DNA of 64,000 nt from Candidatus Pacearchaeota archaeon (GCA_041659265.1 JBAZYP010000009.1:12201-76200), one strand, 5' to 3'. Positions 48,260-57,716 are shown, counted from the first letter of the stretch. Translations and numbers: made by a program. Notes: generated by a model not told the origin, from the sequence alone.

Positions 48260-51200
48260 TTGTTTTTGGGACTTATATATATGCATTTTAATAAAAATTC
48301 AAAAGAGGCATTAGATATTGCTAAAAAAGAGATTAGAAAAGCAAAAATAGAAAAATTTGTTTTTTTGTTTTTTTTGTTTTTAACATTAATCTCTTGTTCT
48401 TTTTTAGTAGTTTTTTTATCATCTAAATTAATGATGACTGGATATGCATCTTATATAGAAGGAAGGGCTGGATATATCACTGAATTAAATATAACTCAAA
48501 CATTTATACCTGATTATTGGAGTGGGGTATATGGATTATCTTTAAGGGTTCCAGGTTATTTTAGTCAGATAATAAGAGAAGTTCCTAATTCTGAGATAGT
48601 TGAAGCTCCTTCTTATTTTGATTGTATACAAACAGATGCATTAGGTGGTCCTGAAATTTATGCAACTACCGCATCTTCAATAGATTTTAATTCATTAAGG
48701 CCTGCTACACTTGCAGAATTAGATTCCTATGTCGGATGCAGCGGATCTTTCCAATGTCCGAGTAATACTTTTACCAGTATTAATAGCTATGTCGTTGGAA
48801 CAAATAATATTACAGATGTTCCATCTACTTATACTTATAGATTTGATGGAAATCAAGGAACTTTTGATGTTGGAGCTTTAAATGATTCAGTTAATTTAGT
48901 ATTTGTTAGTCATTTAGCAGCAATTCAAAAGGGTTATAGTTCTACAAAGACAGTAAATTTTCAGATGCTTCTTCCAACATTACCCAACACTACTGTTGAT
49001 TATTATTTTTTTAATGATCCTAATGATGAATGTCCTGCTGGTGGAATTGGGAATAATATTAACGCTTCTGTTTATGGATATTCATTTGATATTTATAATA
49101 ATACTCTTCCTAATGTTACAGTTACTGTTGCAGGGTATAGTGCTGTAACTGACTCTAATGGATTTTATAATTTTTCATTTACAGTTAGTCCTGGAGTTTA
49201 TAATCTTATTGCCCAATTAGCTGGATATGATCCTTATTTTGACAATGTATCTGTAACTTTTTCTGAAAATGTTTTTGAAAGAAATATTACTATGGTAATC
49301 ATTACTCCTGGAATGAATGATACTATTTCCCCTATTGTTGATGGTTTTGTTTGGGATGAATCTTTAATCCCCATATCTGGTGCTAATGTATCTATGTCTG
49401 GAACTTCAAATGTTACCGACTCTAATGGATATTATTCAATATCACCTATAATTTTTCCAGGATTAAGTCCGATTATAGCTATAAATGAGGGCTATAATAA
49501 TTATTTTTATTTTTTAAGTTTTGATGATAACACTACTTATATAAATCATAATATTACCATGACTGTTGCTTCAACTAATTATCAATTTCCAACTGGCCCC
49601 TATACATCTGGCCCTTATACAACTGGCCCTTATCCTCAACAATTTCAACCTCAAATCATTCAAGCTAAGAAGAATGGAGAAGACTTTTGGATAAGCACTA
49701 AAGAAATAAGAAAGGAAGTAAGACAAAATACTTTTGTTGATGAAAAAATAGGTCTTTTTAATTTTAAAACTTCTACAATGAATATGTTATTTTCTTTATC
49801 TCCCAATCTTCAGGATTTTGTTAAAATAGATAAAACATCTGTTGTATTAAATCCTAATTCTTTTGCAGATGTAACTGTTACAATCTATGGAACGAAACCC
49901 CTTGGAGTTTATAATGGGTCTATAACTGTTTCTGGTGATGTGCAACAGACTATTCCTGTTCATATTACTGTTGTTGAAAAAAGATCTTTAGTTGAAGCTT
50001 TATTAATGCAAATAGATGTTTTTAATAAAATAGTAAGGCCTGGAGATACTGTAAAATATAAATTAAGTCTGCAAAATCTTTTAAGAGAACAAGGATATAA
50101 AGTATTTTTAAAAATTTATTTGACAGAATCTAATGGTACTACAATTTATGCTACTGATAATGATGAAGTGGAAATATTAAATTCTTTAACTTTGTTAAAA
50201 GAACTTAAATTGCCAGATAATATAACTGAAGGAGATTATTTATTAAATGTTGATGCAACGTATTTAAATCTTTTTTCAAGTGTAACTGCACCAGTAAAAA
50301 TAACTAAACCAATTTATTTATATTCCTTTTTAGGAATGCCTTTATGGTTATGGTTTTCATTGATTTCTTTCTTTAGTTTTATTTTATTAAATTTTTTAAT
50401 TTATAAATATTATAAAGAAAAGAAGAAGAGATACAAGATATTTTTAGATTACAATACTTTACCAAAACCTGGAACGGGTGTTGTAAGGCTAGGAAATATT
50501 GCTGAAACAAAAGTTCCAGCTTATTATGAACTTGAAAGATTAACAACTCACTGTATTGTTGCTGGGGCTACAGGAATGGGAAAATCAATTTCAGCTCAAG
50601 TTATAATTGAAGAAGCTTTAATGAATAATATCGCAGTAATTGTTATGGATCCAACTGCACAATGGTCTGGAATGTTAAGAAAATGTACTGATAAAAAAAT
50701 GATGTCTTTTTATCCTAAATTTGGATTAAAAGAAACTGATGCAAGAGCCTTTAAGGGAAATGTAAAACAGATAAGAGATGCTAAAGAGATAATTGATATA
50801 ACCAAATACATGACCCCTGGCCAAATACAGATTTTTTCAATGAATAAATTAGATCCAAAGGATATTGATATTTTTGTTGCTAATTTTATTAGACAGATTT
50901 TTAGATCAGATCCTAAAGAATCTCCAACTTTAAAAGTATTACTTGTTTTTGATGAGGTTCATAGACTTTTATCAAAATTCGGAGGAAGTGGAGAAGGATT
51001 CTTGCAAGTAGAAAGATCTTGTAGAGAGTTTAGAAAATGGGGATTAGGAGTAATGTTGATATCTCAAGTCTTAAATGATTTTGTTGGTGAAATTAAAGCA
51101 AATATTAATACAGAAGTTCAAGCAAGAACTCTTGAAGAGTCAGATCTTGATAGAATAAAAACTAAGTATGGGGAAGAATATCTTAAATCATTAGTAAGGG

Positions 51201-52012
51201 CTGAAGTTGGTGTTGCAATGTTTCAAAATGCTGAATATAATAGAGGTAGACCTTATTTTTTGAATTTTAGGCCTATATTACATAATACCAGAAGACTTCC
51301 TGATGAGGAACTTGAAAAGTATAATAAATATAATTTCCAGGTTGAAGATTTAGAATATCAAATCGAACAGCTTGAAAAAGAAAAATTAGATGTTTTTGAT
51401 CTAAAAATGGAATTAAAACTTGTTAAAGATAAGATTATGACTGGAAATTTTTCGGTTGTAGAAATTTATCTTGAAGGATTGGTTCCTAGAGTTGCTAAAG
51501 AATGGGAAAAACTTGGAAAACAACCAAAGAAATTGCAAACTCAATTATTATCTGAAGAAGAAATAAAAAAAGCTATGGAACAAGAGAAAAAAGAAAAAGA
51601 AGCATTAGCTGCAAAAGAAGAAAAGAAAGTTGAAGCAAAACCAATCGAGAAGCCTGTTGAAACTCAGGCAGTTAAACAAACTAATCCTGCTACAAATAAA
51701 ACTTCTGTTAATATTGTTAAACCTAATACTTCTATTCTACAACAAACTACAAAACCAGCAAGTTTAGTTAAACCAAATAATCCTTCTACTCAAAAAGTTA
51801 CAACCGTTATACCAACTAACGCTACAACTAAACCAGTAGTATTAGCTAAACCCGTTATTCCTTCTGCACCAGCAACAAAACCCGCAGTAGTAGTTAAACC
51901 AGCAACTCCTGTTGTTCAAACATCTAAACCAACGGTTATAACTAAACCTGCGGTGCAGTCTGTTCAAACCACTAAACTTGCTGAAACAAAAAAAGAAGAA
52001 GTAAAAAAATAA
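48260..52012 (+). CDS. Membrane-anchored HerA/VirB4-type ATPase with large extracellular region and carboxypeptidase-regulatory-like repeats (ATPase B)
   Basis: Two copies of AxVTDSNGYYxxS-type repeats; TM MPLWLWFSLISFFSFILLNFLI; Walker A GATGMGKS; Walker B VLLVFDEVH; Ala/Pro/Lys/Thr-rich C-terminal tail. Confidence 0.9.
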   Translation: MFLGLIYMHFNKNSKEALDIAKKEIRKAKIEKFVFLFFLFLTLISCSFLVVFLSSKLMMTGYASYIEGRAGYITELNITQTFIPDYWSGVYGLSLRVPGYFSQIIREVPNSEIVEAPSYFDCIQTDALGGPEIYATTASSIDFNSLRPATLAELDSYVGCSGSFQCPSNTFTSINSYVVGTNNITDVPSTYTYRFDGNQGTFDVGALNDSVNLVFVSHLAAIQKGYSSTKTVNFQMLLPTLPNTTVDYYFFNDPNDECPAGGIGNNINASVYGYSFDIYNNTLPNVTVTVAGYSAVTDSNGFYNFSFTVSPGVYNLIAQLAGYDPYFDNVSVTFSENVFERNITMVIITPGMNDTISPIVDGFVWDESLIPISGANVSMSGTSNVTDSNGYYSISPIIFPGLSPIIAINEGYNNYFYFLSFDDNTTYINHNITMTVASTNYQFPTGPYTSGPYTTGPYPQQFQPQIIQAKKNGEDFWISTKEIRKEVRQNTFVDEKIGLFNFKTSTMNMLFSLSPNLQDFVKIDKTSVVLNPNSFADVTVTIYGTKPLGVYNGSITVSGDVQQTIPVHITVVEKRSLVEALLMQIDVFNKIVRPGDTVKYKLSLQNLLREQGYKVFLKIYLTESNGTTIYATDNDEVEILNSLTLLKELKLPDNITEGDYLLNVDATYLNLFSSVTAPVKITKPIYLYSFLGMPLWLWFSLISFFSFILLNFLIYKYYKEKKKRYKIFLDYNTLPKPGTGVVRLGNIAETKVPAYYELERLTTHCIVAGATGMGKSISAQVIIEEALMNNIAVIVMDPTAQWSGMLRKCTDKKMMSFYPKFGLKETDARAFKGNVKQIRDAKEIIDITKYMTPGQIQIFSMNKLDPKDIDIFVANFIRQIFRSDPKESPTLKVLLVFDEVHRLLSKFGGSGEGFLQVERSCREFRKWGLGVMLISQVLNDFVGEIKANINTEVQARTLEESDLDRIKTKYGEEYLKSLVRAEVGVAMFQNAEYNRGRPYFLNFRPILHNTRRLPDEELEKYNKYNFQVEDLEYQIEQLEKEKLDVFDLKMELKLVKDKIMTGNFSVVEIYLEGLVPRVAKEWEKLGKQPKKLQTQLLSEEEIKKAMEQEKKEKEALAAKEEKKVEAKPIEKPVETQAVKQTNPATNKTSVNIVKPNTSILQQTTKPASLVKPNNPSTQKVTTVIPTNATTKPVVLAKPVIPSAPATKPAVVVKPATPVVQTSKPTVITKPAVQSVQTTKLAETKKEEVKK

Positions 52013-52074
52013 TTTAACTAATTTAATAATATCTTAAAATACTAACTATTATAAATGAAAAATGCTTTTATTAA

Positions 52075-52419
52075 TTGATGATAATAAGAACTGAGTATGG
52101 TCAACTTAATAAAATAGCTAAGGAAATAGTTGAAAAAAGAATATTAAAGAAATTAGAAAAGATATGTGACAAGAAAGAAAGACTGGAAATGCTCAAGTAC
52201 ACACTAAAATCAACAATAGACTTAAAATATATAGAAATATTAAGAAAAATAAAAAAACTGGAAAAACAAAAAAAAGATATTTTTTTTATAGAGGTAAAAT
52301 CAGAGTTATTGGCTTCAAAAATAAGGATTTTTAATGCTACCTTTAATAAAAAAGATTTTTATAATGTTTTAACTATGTTTAATGATATAGAAAAAGAGAT
52401 GAACGATGTTTGGGTTTAA
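52075..52419 (+). CDS. Small helical protein (ATPase B partner candidate)
   Basis: C-terminus LASKIRIFNATFNKKDFYNVLTMFNDIEKEMNDVWV resembles the C-terminus of the 40488-41408 product. Confidence 0.65.
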   Translation: MMIIRTEYGQLNKIAKEIVEKRILKKLEKICDKKERLEMLKYTLKSTIDLKYIEILRKIKKLEKQKKDIFFIEVKSELLASKIRIFNATFNKKDFYNVLTMFNDIEKEMNDVWV

Positions 52420-53263
52420 GAAAAAAGATAATGCAAATGCAGATACTCAGAATGCTGTAGCTGCTGCTGAAAAAGAAGAAGCAGAAGCTGCAAAACAAGA
52501 GGCTGCTGAAAAAAAAGTTACTGCTGTAAGTGAAAGTGCGTCTTCTGATGTAGTTAGACTTGCTTCTGAAATTGATAGATTAAAAGCGAGTGTTGAAAGT
52601 TTTAATGAAGTGAGAAAATCTTTTACTGAAAGATTTTCAAGAACTAGTGAACAGATTGGTGAACTAAGGGCAATGATTCTAGAAAGAGATAAATCTATCC
52701 AGGAGATAGAACTTAAATCAATAAAAGCTTATGATCTTGTTGAATCAGTTCATCCTGAAAAAATCATGACTGAAGTACAAAAACAAGATGCAAAATCTGA
52801 GGCATTAAAAGCAAATCTTGAAGGAAATGAGGCTATTATGGGTAGAATCATGGAAGAATTAAAAGAAACAAAAAGGAAAATAGAATTTTTTAGGGGAATA
52901 GAAGAAATTGTGAAATTAAGTGAAGAAATAAAGCAAGAATTAATTGAAATAAAGAAAATAGAATCAAGAATAAGCATTAATACTGATAAAGTAGATACTA
53001 TTTATTCAGAAGTTAGGAAGAAATTCCAAGATATTGATACTTTTAATTCAGAGTTACAGGAAATGAAGGTTTTGCAAGAACAGTCATCAAAGGATGTTAA
53101 TTTCCTTAAAGATAAAGTTTCTAATATGGTTGAAAAAGAAGAATTAAACAATCTTGTAAATAAGGTTCAGAGGTATATTGATACTTTAAAGGAATTAGAG
53201 AAGAATTCTTCATTAACAAAAGATATTGCTACACTAAAAACTATTCTTGATAGTCTTAAATAA
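52406..53263 (+). CDS. Coiled-coil cytoplasmic protein
   Basis: Extended heptad-rich helix (VVRLASEIDRLKASVESFNEVRKSFTERFSRTSEQIGELRAMILERDKSIQEIELKSIKAYDLV...); overlaps the upstream gene by 14 nt. Confidence 0.75.
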   Translation: MFGFKKKDNANADTQNAVAAAEKEEAEAAKQEAAEKKVTAVSESASSDVVRLASEIDRLKASVESFNEVRKSFTERFSRTSEQIGELRAMILERDKSIQEIELKSIKAYDLVESVHPEKIMTEVQKQDAKSEALKANLEGNEAIMGRIMEELKETKRKIEFFRGIEEIVKLSEEIKQELIEIKKIESRISINTDKVDTIYSEVRKKFQDIDTFNSELQEMKVLQEQSSKDVNFLKDKVSNMVEKEELNNLVNKVQRYIDTLKELEKNSSLTKDIATLKTILDSLK

Positions 53264-53456
53264 TTTTATATTTTTTTATAATAATTTGTTATAAATAAGT
53301 GTACGAATTTTTAAATTTTATTTTTTCCTTTATTTTTAATTATTTTATTTTTATTCTATATATTTTTATAATTTATATTATATTTTATGTACATATTGTT
53401 TTAAATTATCCGTTATAAATAATAAGATTTAAAAACAAGGAAATATTATATTATTC

Positions 53457-53669
53457 ATGGTTATAAGTGAAAGTGAACTAAAAAATATCCTTAAAACAAG
53501 AACGAATATAGAGAAATCTACAACTATTAGCAGTGATGGAAAAAATCTTCTTACAAGAATACCTAAGGAAATTGCAGATTTTTTAGAAATTGAAAAGGGA
53601 TATAAGATAAAATGGAATATAACCAGAAATAAAAAAATAAAAATGGAGATAGTTGCAAATGAAATCTAA
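53457..53669 (+). CDS. Small AbrB-like DNA-binding protein
   Basis: STTISSDGKNLLTRIPKEIADFLEIEKGYKIKWNITRNKKIKMEIV. Confidence 0.65.
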   Translation: MVISESELKNILKTRTNIEKSTTISSDGKNLLTRIPKEIADFLEIEKGYKIKWNITRNKKIKMEIVANEI

Positions 53670-53961
53670 ATTTAATAAAATAAGATTAGATGGAATTGAT
53701 AAAGATATTTTAAGAATTCTTTATTCTAGAAGACCTTTAGTAACATTAAAAATAGCCAAATATGCAAAACTTTCTAGTCCTACTGTTTCTGCTAGATTAT
53801 CTAATCTTGAAAAATTAGGGATAGTAAAAAAAGCCAGAATAAATAAAATAAGAAAGTTTGAAAGAACTTTTGGGGATAATCTTATCAAGATAAAATCAGC
53901 AAGTAGGATTTATTGGGACCTTGATTTAGAAGATAAAAATGGGGGCAATAAAAATGAATAA
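53659..53961 (+). CDS. Winged-helix transcriptional regulator (Lrp/AsnC-type HTH)
   Basis: MKSKFNKIRLDGIDKDILRILYSRRPLVTLKIAKYAKLSSPTVSARLSNLEKLGIVKKARI; start set to the second Met. Confidence 0.8.
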   Translation: MKSKFNKIRLDGIDKDILRILYSRRPLVTLKIAKYAKLSSPTVSARLSNLEKLGIVKKARINKIRKFERTFGDNLIKIKSASRIYWDLDLEDKNGGNKNE

Positions 53962-54724
53962 TAAATTTATTATTATCATAATATTTTCTTTAATATCTCT
54001 ATTCTTTTTGGAAAGTATAATTGCAATATCTCCAAGTGGTGGAGAGATAATTGGAATAAAAAATGAAACTGCTCCTTCTGGATCTCCAACTTCTGCGCAA
54101 GCTGTTGCTGGAAATGTAACCGAACTTAATATATTCGGATTTTCAACCACTCAAACTTGGCAAGGCTATTTTGGAAATATTAGTGGAACAATCCAACTCG
54201 CAGATGGATCAGGTAGAGCTATGTATAATTGGAGCGCAACTAACCCTGAAGGGGAGGTATTTGCATCATTAAATGATAGTCTTATTTGGACAAATTTAGC
54301 ATGCTTTAATTTTTCTTCAGATGGAAGTTTTACTGATGATAGTCTTCAATCTGGAAATACTAGTTTATATGGGATGAATCTTACCCAATTAGAATCTGAT
54401 TTTGGAATAGAACCGAATGATGTTGATGGGGTTAATGAAACATTTATTTTTCAAGATCATCCTTTATTTTATGTGAATAATTTAATGTTTAGCCAGGGAG
54501 AATGCAGAAATACTAGAATTTATAATAGTACTGGACAAGGGGCTTTTGATGAGGTATTATTGTATTCTCCAGATAATCGTGCAGTAGTATTTGCTTCAAT
54601 ATTAAGAGATAATGCAATAGGTTTTGATGGAAGAGAATATGATTTTGAGATGCTTGTTTTAGAAGATGGTCATGGGGAAGATGTATCCACTTCAACTTAT
54701 TATTTTTACTTAGAGCTTGAGTAA
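53954..54724 (+). CDS. Secreted protein, TQxWQGYFGN domain family, copy 1
   Basis: Signal peptide; AVAGNVTELNIFGFSTTQTWQGYFGNISGTIQLADGSGRAMYNWS...YDFEMLVLEDG...YYFYLELE. Confidence 0.8.
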   Translation: MNNKFIIIIIFSLISLFFLESIIAISPSGGEIIGIKNETAPSGSPTSAQAVAGNVTELNIFGFSTTQTWQGYFGNISGTIQLADGSGRAMYNWSATNPEGEVFASLNDSLIWTNLACFNFSSDGSFTDDSLQSGNTSLYGMNLTQLESDFGIEPNDVDGVNETFIFQDHPLFYVNNLMFSQGECRNTRIYNSTGQGAFDEVLLYSPDNRAVVFASILRDNAIGFDGREYDFEMLVLEDGHGEDVSTSTYYFYLELE

Positions 54725-54992
54725 ATTTAATTTTTATATCTAAATTTTAATTTTTTTTATTTGAATTGCAAGTTTTTTTTATTTTTAGGTTTTTTAACCC
54801 TTAAAAAAGCAATTTATATCTATTTTAGTAATTAATTAAATAGTATATTAAATTTAAAAGAATTATAATTTTATTTTAATTATAATTTTAATGAGTTATT
54901 TACTTTTAAAGCTTTAATTAATTAATTAAACATAATATTTAAATAGTCTTGATATTTATTTACTTAAAAGAGGTATAATAAAGAAATAAGTC

Positions 54993-55604
54993 ATGGATTT
55001 TGACCTGTTCTTGACTTCCCCTAGGTGGGAAATCTTGCAAATAATAGCCGAAAGGCCTTCGTCTCCTGTAGAGATTGCTGAAAAACTTAAGACAACGGTA
55101 TCTTATGTCAGTCAGCAACTTAAATTGCTTGATGCTGCTAATCTGCTTTCCAAAGAGAAGACTGGTGCTGCTGAAAAAGGCAAACCAAGAACACTTTTTA
55201 GCCTTTCTAATGAATTATTTTATTTAACTGTTTTAACAAAGCAATTTTCTAAAAAGAAACTTTTTAAATTAGATGAACACCATAAAAATATTTTAAAAAT
55301 TTGGTTAATTGAAGATAATACTATTCATCATTTAATAGAAAAGTTATATTGGAAACTTCAAGAGGAAATTTCCGATATAGAAGGAATTTTCATTGATAAT
55401 ATCAATTTTAAGCCAAAAATTATTATTCTCTCTGAATCAAAAAAAGTAAAATTAAAGATAGATTCTTATATTGAAGATGAAGGAAAAAGGCTAGATCTTA
55501 ATATTATTTCTTCAAATACCTTTAAAAAATATTTTTCTGAAAAACTAATTTCATTACATGATCCAACTAAATTATTGGAAAAGTTGAAAGGAGGTTTGAT
55601 TTGA
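54993..55604 (+). CDS. ArsR-like winged-helix transcriptional regulator
   Basis: MDFDLFLTSPRWEILQIIAERPSSPVEIAEKLKTTVSYVSQQLKLLDAANLLSKEK. Confidence 0.85.
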   Translation: MDFDLFLTSPRWEILQIIAERPSSPVEIAEKLKTTVSYVSQQLKLLDAANLLSKEKTGAAEKGKPRTLFSLSNELFYLTVLTKQFSKKKLFKLDEHHKNILKIWLIEDNTIHHLIEKLYWKLQEEISDIEGIFIDNINFKPKIIILSESKKVKLKIDSYIEDEGKRLDLNIISSNTFKKYFSEKLISLHDPTKLLEKLKGGLI

Positions 55605-55608
55605 ATAG

Positions 55609-56391
55609 ATGGTTAACAAATTTTTAGTGAGTTCTAGACTAAGATTATTTTTGGTCTTAATTTCATGTGTTTTGTCTGTAAATATGATTTTGGCAGTTCC
55701 TTCAGGAAGTCAGATTACTGGTTTAACCAATTCATCTGCTGCTACTATTGCACCTGATTGGGATAATGCAATTGCAGGAAATGTTAGTGAATTAACTTTA
55801 TATGGTGATTCTGTAACTCAATCTTGGCAAGGTTATTTTGGAAATGTAACAGGAGCAATAAGACTAGCTGATGGATCTGGAAATGTAATGTATAATTGGA
55901 GTTTAACTAATCCTAGTGGAGAAATATATTCTTCATTTAATGATTCCATAATCTGGACAAATATACAATGTTTTAATTATACTGCTGCAGGAACTTTTGC
56001 AGATGATTCAGGACAAGCTGGTGCTACAAGCAGATTTGGTATGAATTTAACACAATTAGAAGGTTTATTTAATATAACTTCAACAGATGTTGACGGAGTA
56101 GATGAAACTTTTAGTTTAAACAGTCATGTTGCATTCTATACTAATAGCAAGCAATTTTCAGCAGGAGAATGTAACAATTCCAAAATATTCACTCAAAATG
56201 GAACTGGATATTTTGATGAAGTATTGTTGTATTCACCAGATACACAAGTAGTTGTATTTACATCAATATTAAAGAGCGATGCTTTAGGTTTTGATGGGGC
56301 TAAACATGATTTTGAGATGTTAGTCTTAGAGGATGGAAGAGATGGTAATAGTGCATTAACGCCATATTACTTTTATTTAGAACTTCAATAA
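55609..56391 (+). CDS. Secreted protein, TQxWQGYFGN domain family, copy 2
   Basis: Signal peptide; AIAGNVSELTLYGDSVTQSWQGYFGNVTGAIRLADGSGNVMYNWS...HDFEMLVLEDG...YYFYLELQ. Confidence 0.8.
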   Translation: MVNKFLVSSRLRLFLVLISCVLSVNMILAVPSGSQITGLTNSSAATIAPDWDNAIAGNVSELTLYGDSVTQSWQGYFGNVTGAIRLADGSGNVMYNWSLTNPSGEIYSSFNDSIIWTNIQCFNYTAAGTFADDSGQAGATSRFGMNLTQLEGLFNITSTDVDGVDETFSLNSHVAFYTNSKQFSAGECNNSKIFTQNGTGYFDEVLLYSPDTQVVVFTSILKSDALGFDGAKHDFEMLVLEDGRDGNSALTPYYFYLELQ

Positions 56392-56462
56392 TTTATTTTT
56401 TTTATTTTTTTTATTAAGTTTATTTTTTTAGATGCAAGAAAAAAAGAAAGGGAGAAAAAGAA

Positions 56463-57716
56463 ATGATAATTGAAAATAGAATTAGAAAAGATAAAAAGAA
56501 ATGTAAATTTTTTTTTAAATCTAAATATATAAATATTATATTTATAATATTAGTCATACTTACAAATAATATTTTAATTACAGCAACTATAATCGGAATA
56601 AGTCCGGCTTCTGTAGGTATGACAAAAGTATTACGTGGAGGATATGCAGAAAGAAATATTGTTGTTTCTACAGATAGTGTTGAACCAATTTTAATCAAAT
56701 TAACTCAAAGAGGAGATACTAATGGTTGGATAAATTATTCAGATGATAATTTTAGCATATCTAAAGATTCTCCTTATGTACTTAAGATGATTATTCTTCC
56801 TCCCCTGGATCAGAGTAATGGAAATTATTCTGGTTTTTTGACTTTTTCTTCAAGCCCATTTGGAAAGGGAAGAGAAGGCCAGGCAGTAGGAGTAATACGA
56901 TCTACATTAGATTTGGCTCTTGATTTTGAAATAATTGATACAGAAATTATGGATTGCTCTGCTAAAAATTTTATAGTCGAATCTGCAGAAAAAGGAGATG
57001 ATATTATCTTTAATCTTGTAGTAATAAATAATGGAAATATTCGATTTAAACCTAATTTGAATATAAAAATATGGGATATAGATCAGATTGAAATAAAAAA
57101 AGAAGAAAATATTTTAGGTCAAGAAATATTACCTACGACTGCTGATAATTATAGCGCAAGGGTTAAATCTGATGAGCTTGAAGTTGGTCAATATTTTGCT
57201 GAAATATCTATAGATGAGTGTTACTCTTCACAGCTTTTAACATTTGATATATTAACTCCTGGTGCATTAAAGGCTGATGGGTCTTTACTTGGAATAATAC
57301 TTTCAAGACAAGGTTATGTTGGAGAGAGGGTTCCTATACGAGTTAGTTTTAAAAATACTGGACAAAAAGATGTTTCAGCACAATTTGATGGAAAAATCGT
57401 TCTTGATGGCAAGACTATCCAAAAATTAGATAGTCAAAAAATAGGAGTATCAATTTCACAGACAAAAGATTTTAATTTTGAATTTCAACCTGAAAAACCT
57501 GGAAAATATATAATTAGCGGAAAAGTTTATTATAGTGGTAAGAAGACTTTTGAATCTAGTGCTAGTATAGATATAATTGATAAAACTTCCAAGAAATCTA
57601 ATTTATTCATTTATCTAATTTATTTAGCATTAATATTTTTTATTGTAGTTTTATTTTATAAGATAAATAAAGAAAGAAGAATCTATAATCATAATTTAAA
57701 GAGGTTAAGAAGATGA
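56463..57716 (+). CDS. Surface protein with CARDB-like ectodomains and C-terminal TM
   Basis: Signal-like N-terminus, SRQGYVGERVPIRVSFKNTGQKDVSAQF, TM FIYLIYLALIFFIVVLFY. Confidence 0.75.
   Translation: MIIENRIRKDKKKCKFFFKSKYINIIFIILVILTNNILITATIIGISPASVGMTKVLRGGYAERNIVVSTDSVEPILIKLTQRGDTNGWINYSDDNFSISKDSPYVLKMIILPPLDQSNGNYSGFLTFSSSPFGKGREGQAVGVIRSTLDLALDFEIIDTEIMDCSAKNFIVESAEKGDDIIFNLVVINNGNIRFKPNLNIKIWDIDQIEIKKEENILGQEILPTTADNYSARVKSDELEVGQYFAEISIDECYSSQLLTFDILTPGALKADGSLLGIILSRQGYVGERVPIRVSFKNTGQKDVSAQFDGKIVLDGKTIQKLDSQKIGVSISQTKDFNFEFQPEKPGKYIISGKVYYSGKKTFESSASIDIIDKTSKKSNLFIYLIYLALIFFIVVLFYKINKERRIYNHNLKRLRR

Noticed and set aside
53264-53456. Extremely AT-rich intergenic stretch considered as a possible replication origin
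   Set aside because: No repeated origin-recognition-box-like motifs and no orc1/cdc6 gene in the window
54513-54695. ORF 60 aa (-), His/Leu-rich
   Set aside because: Antisense inside a secreted-protein gene, biased composition
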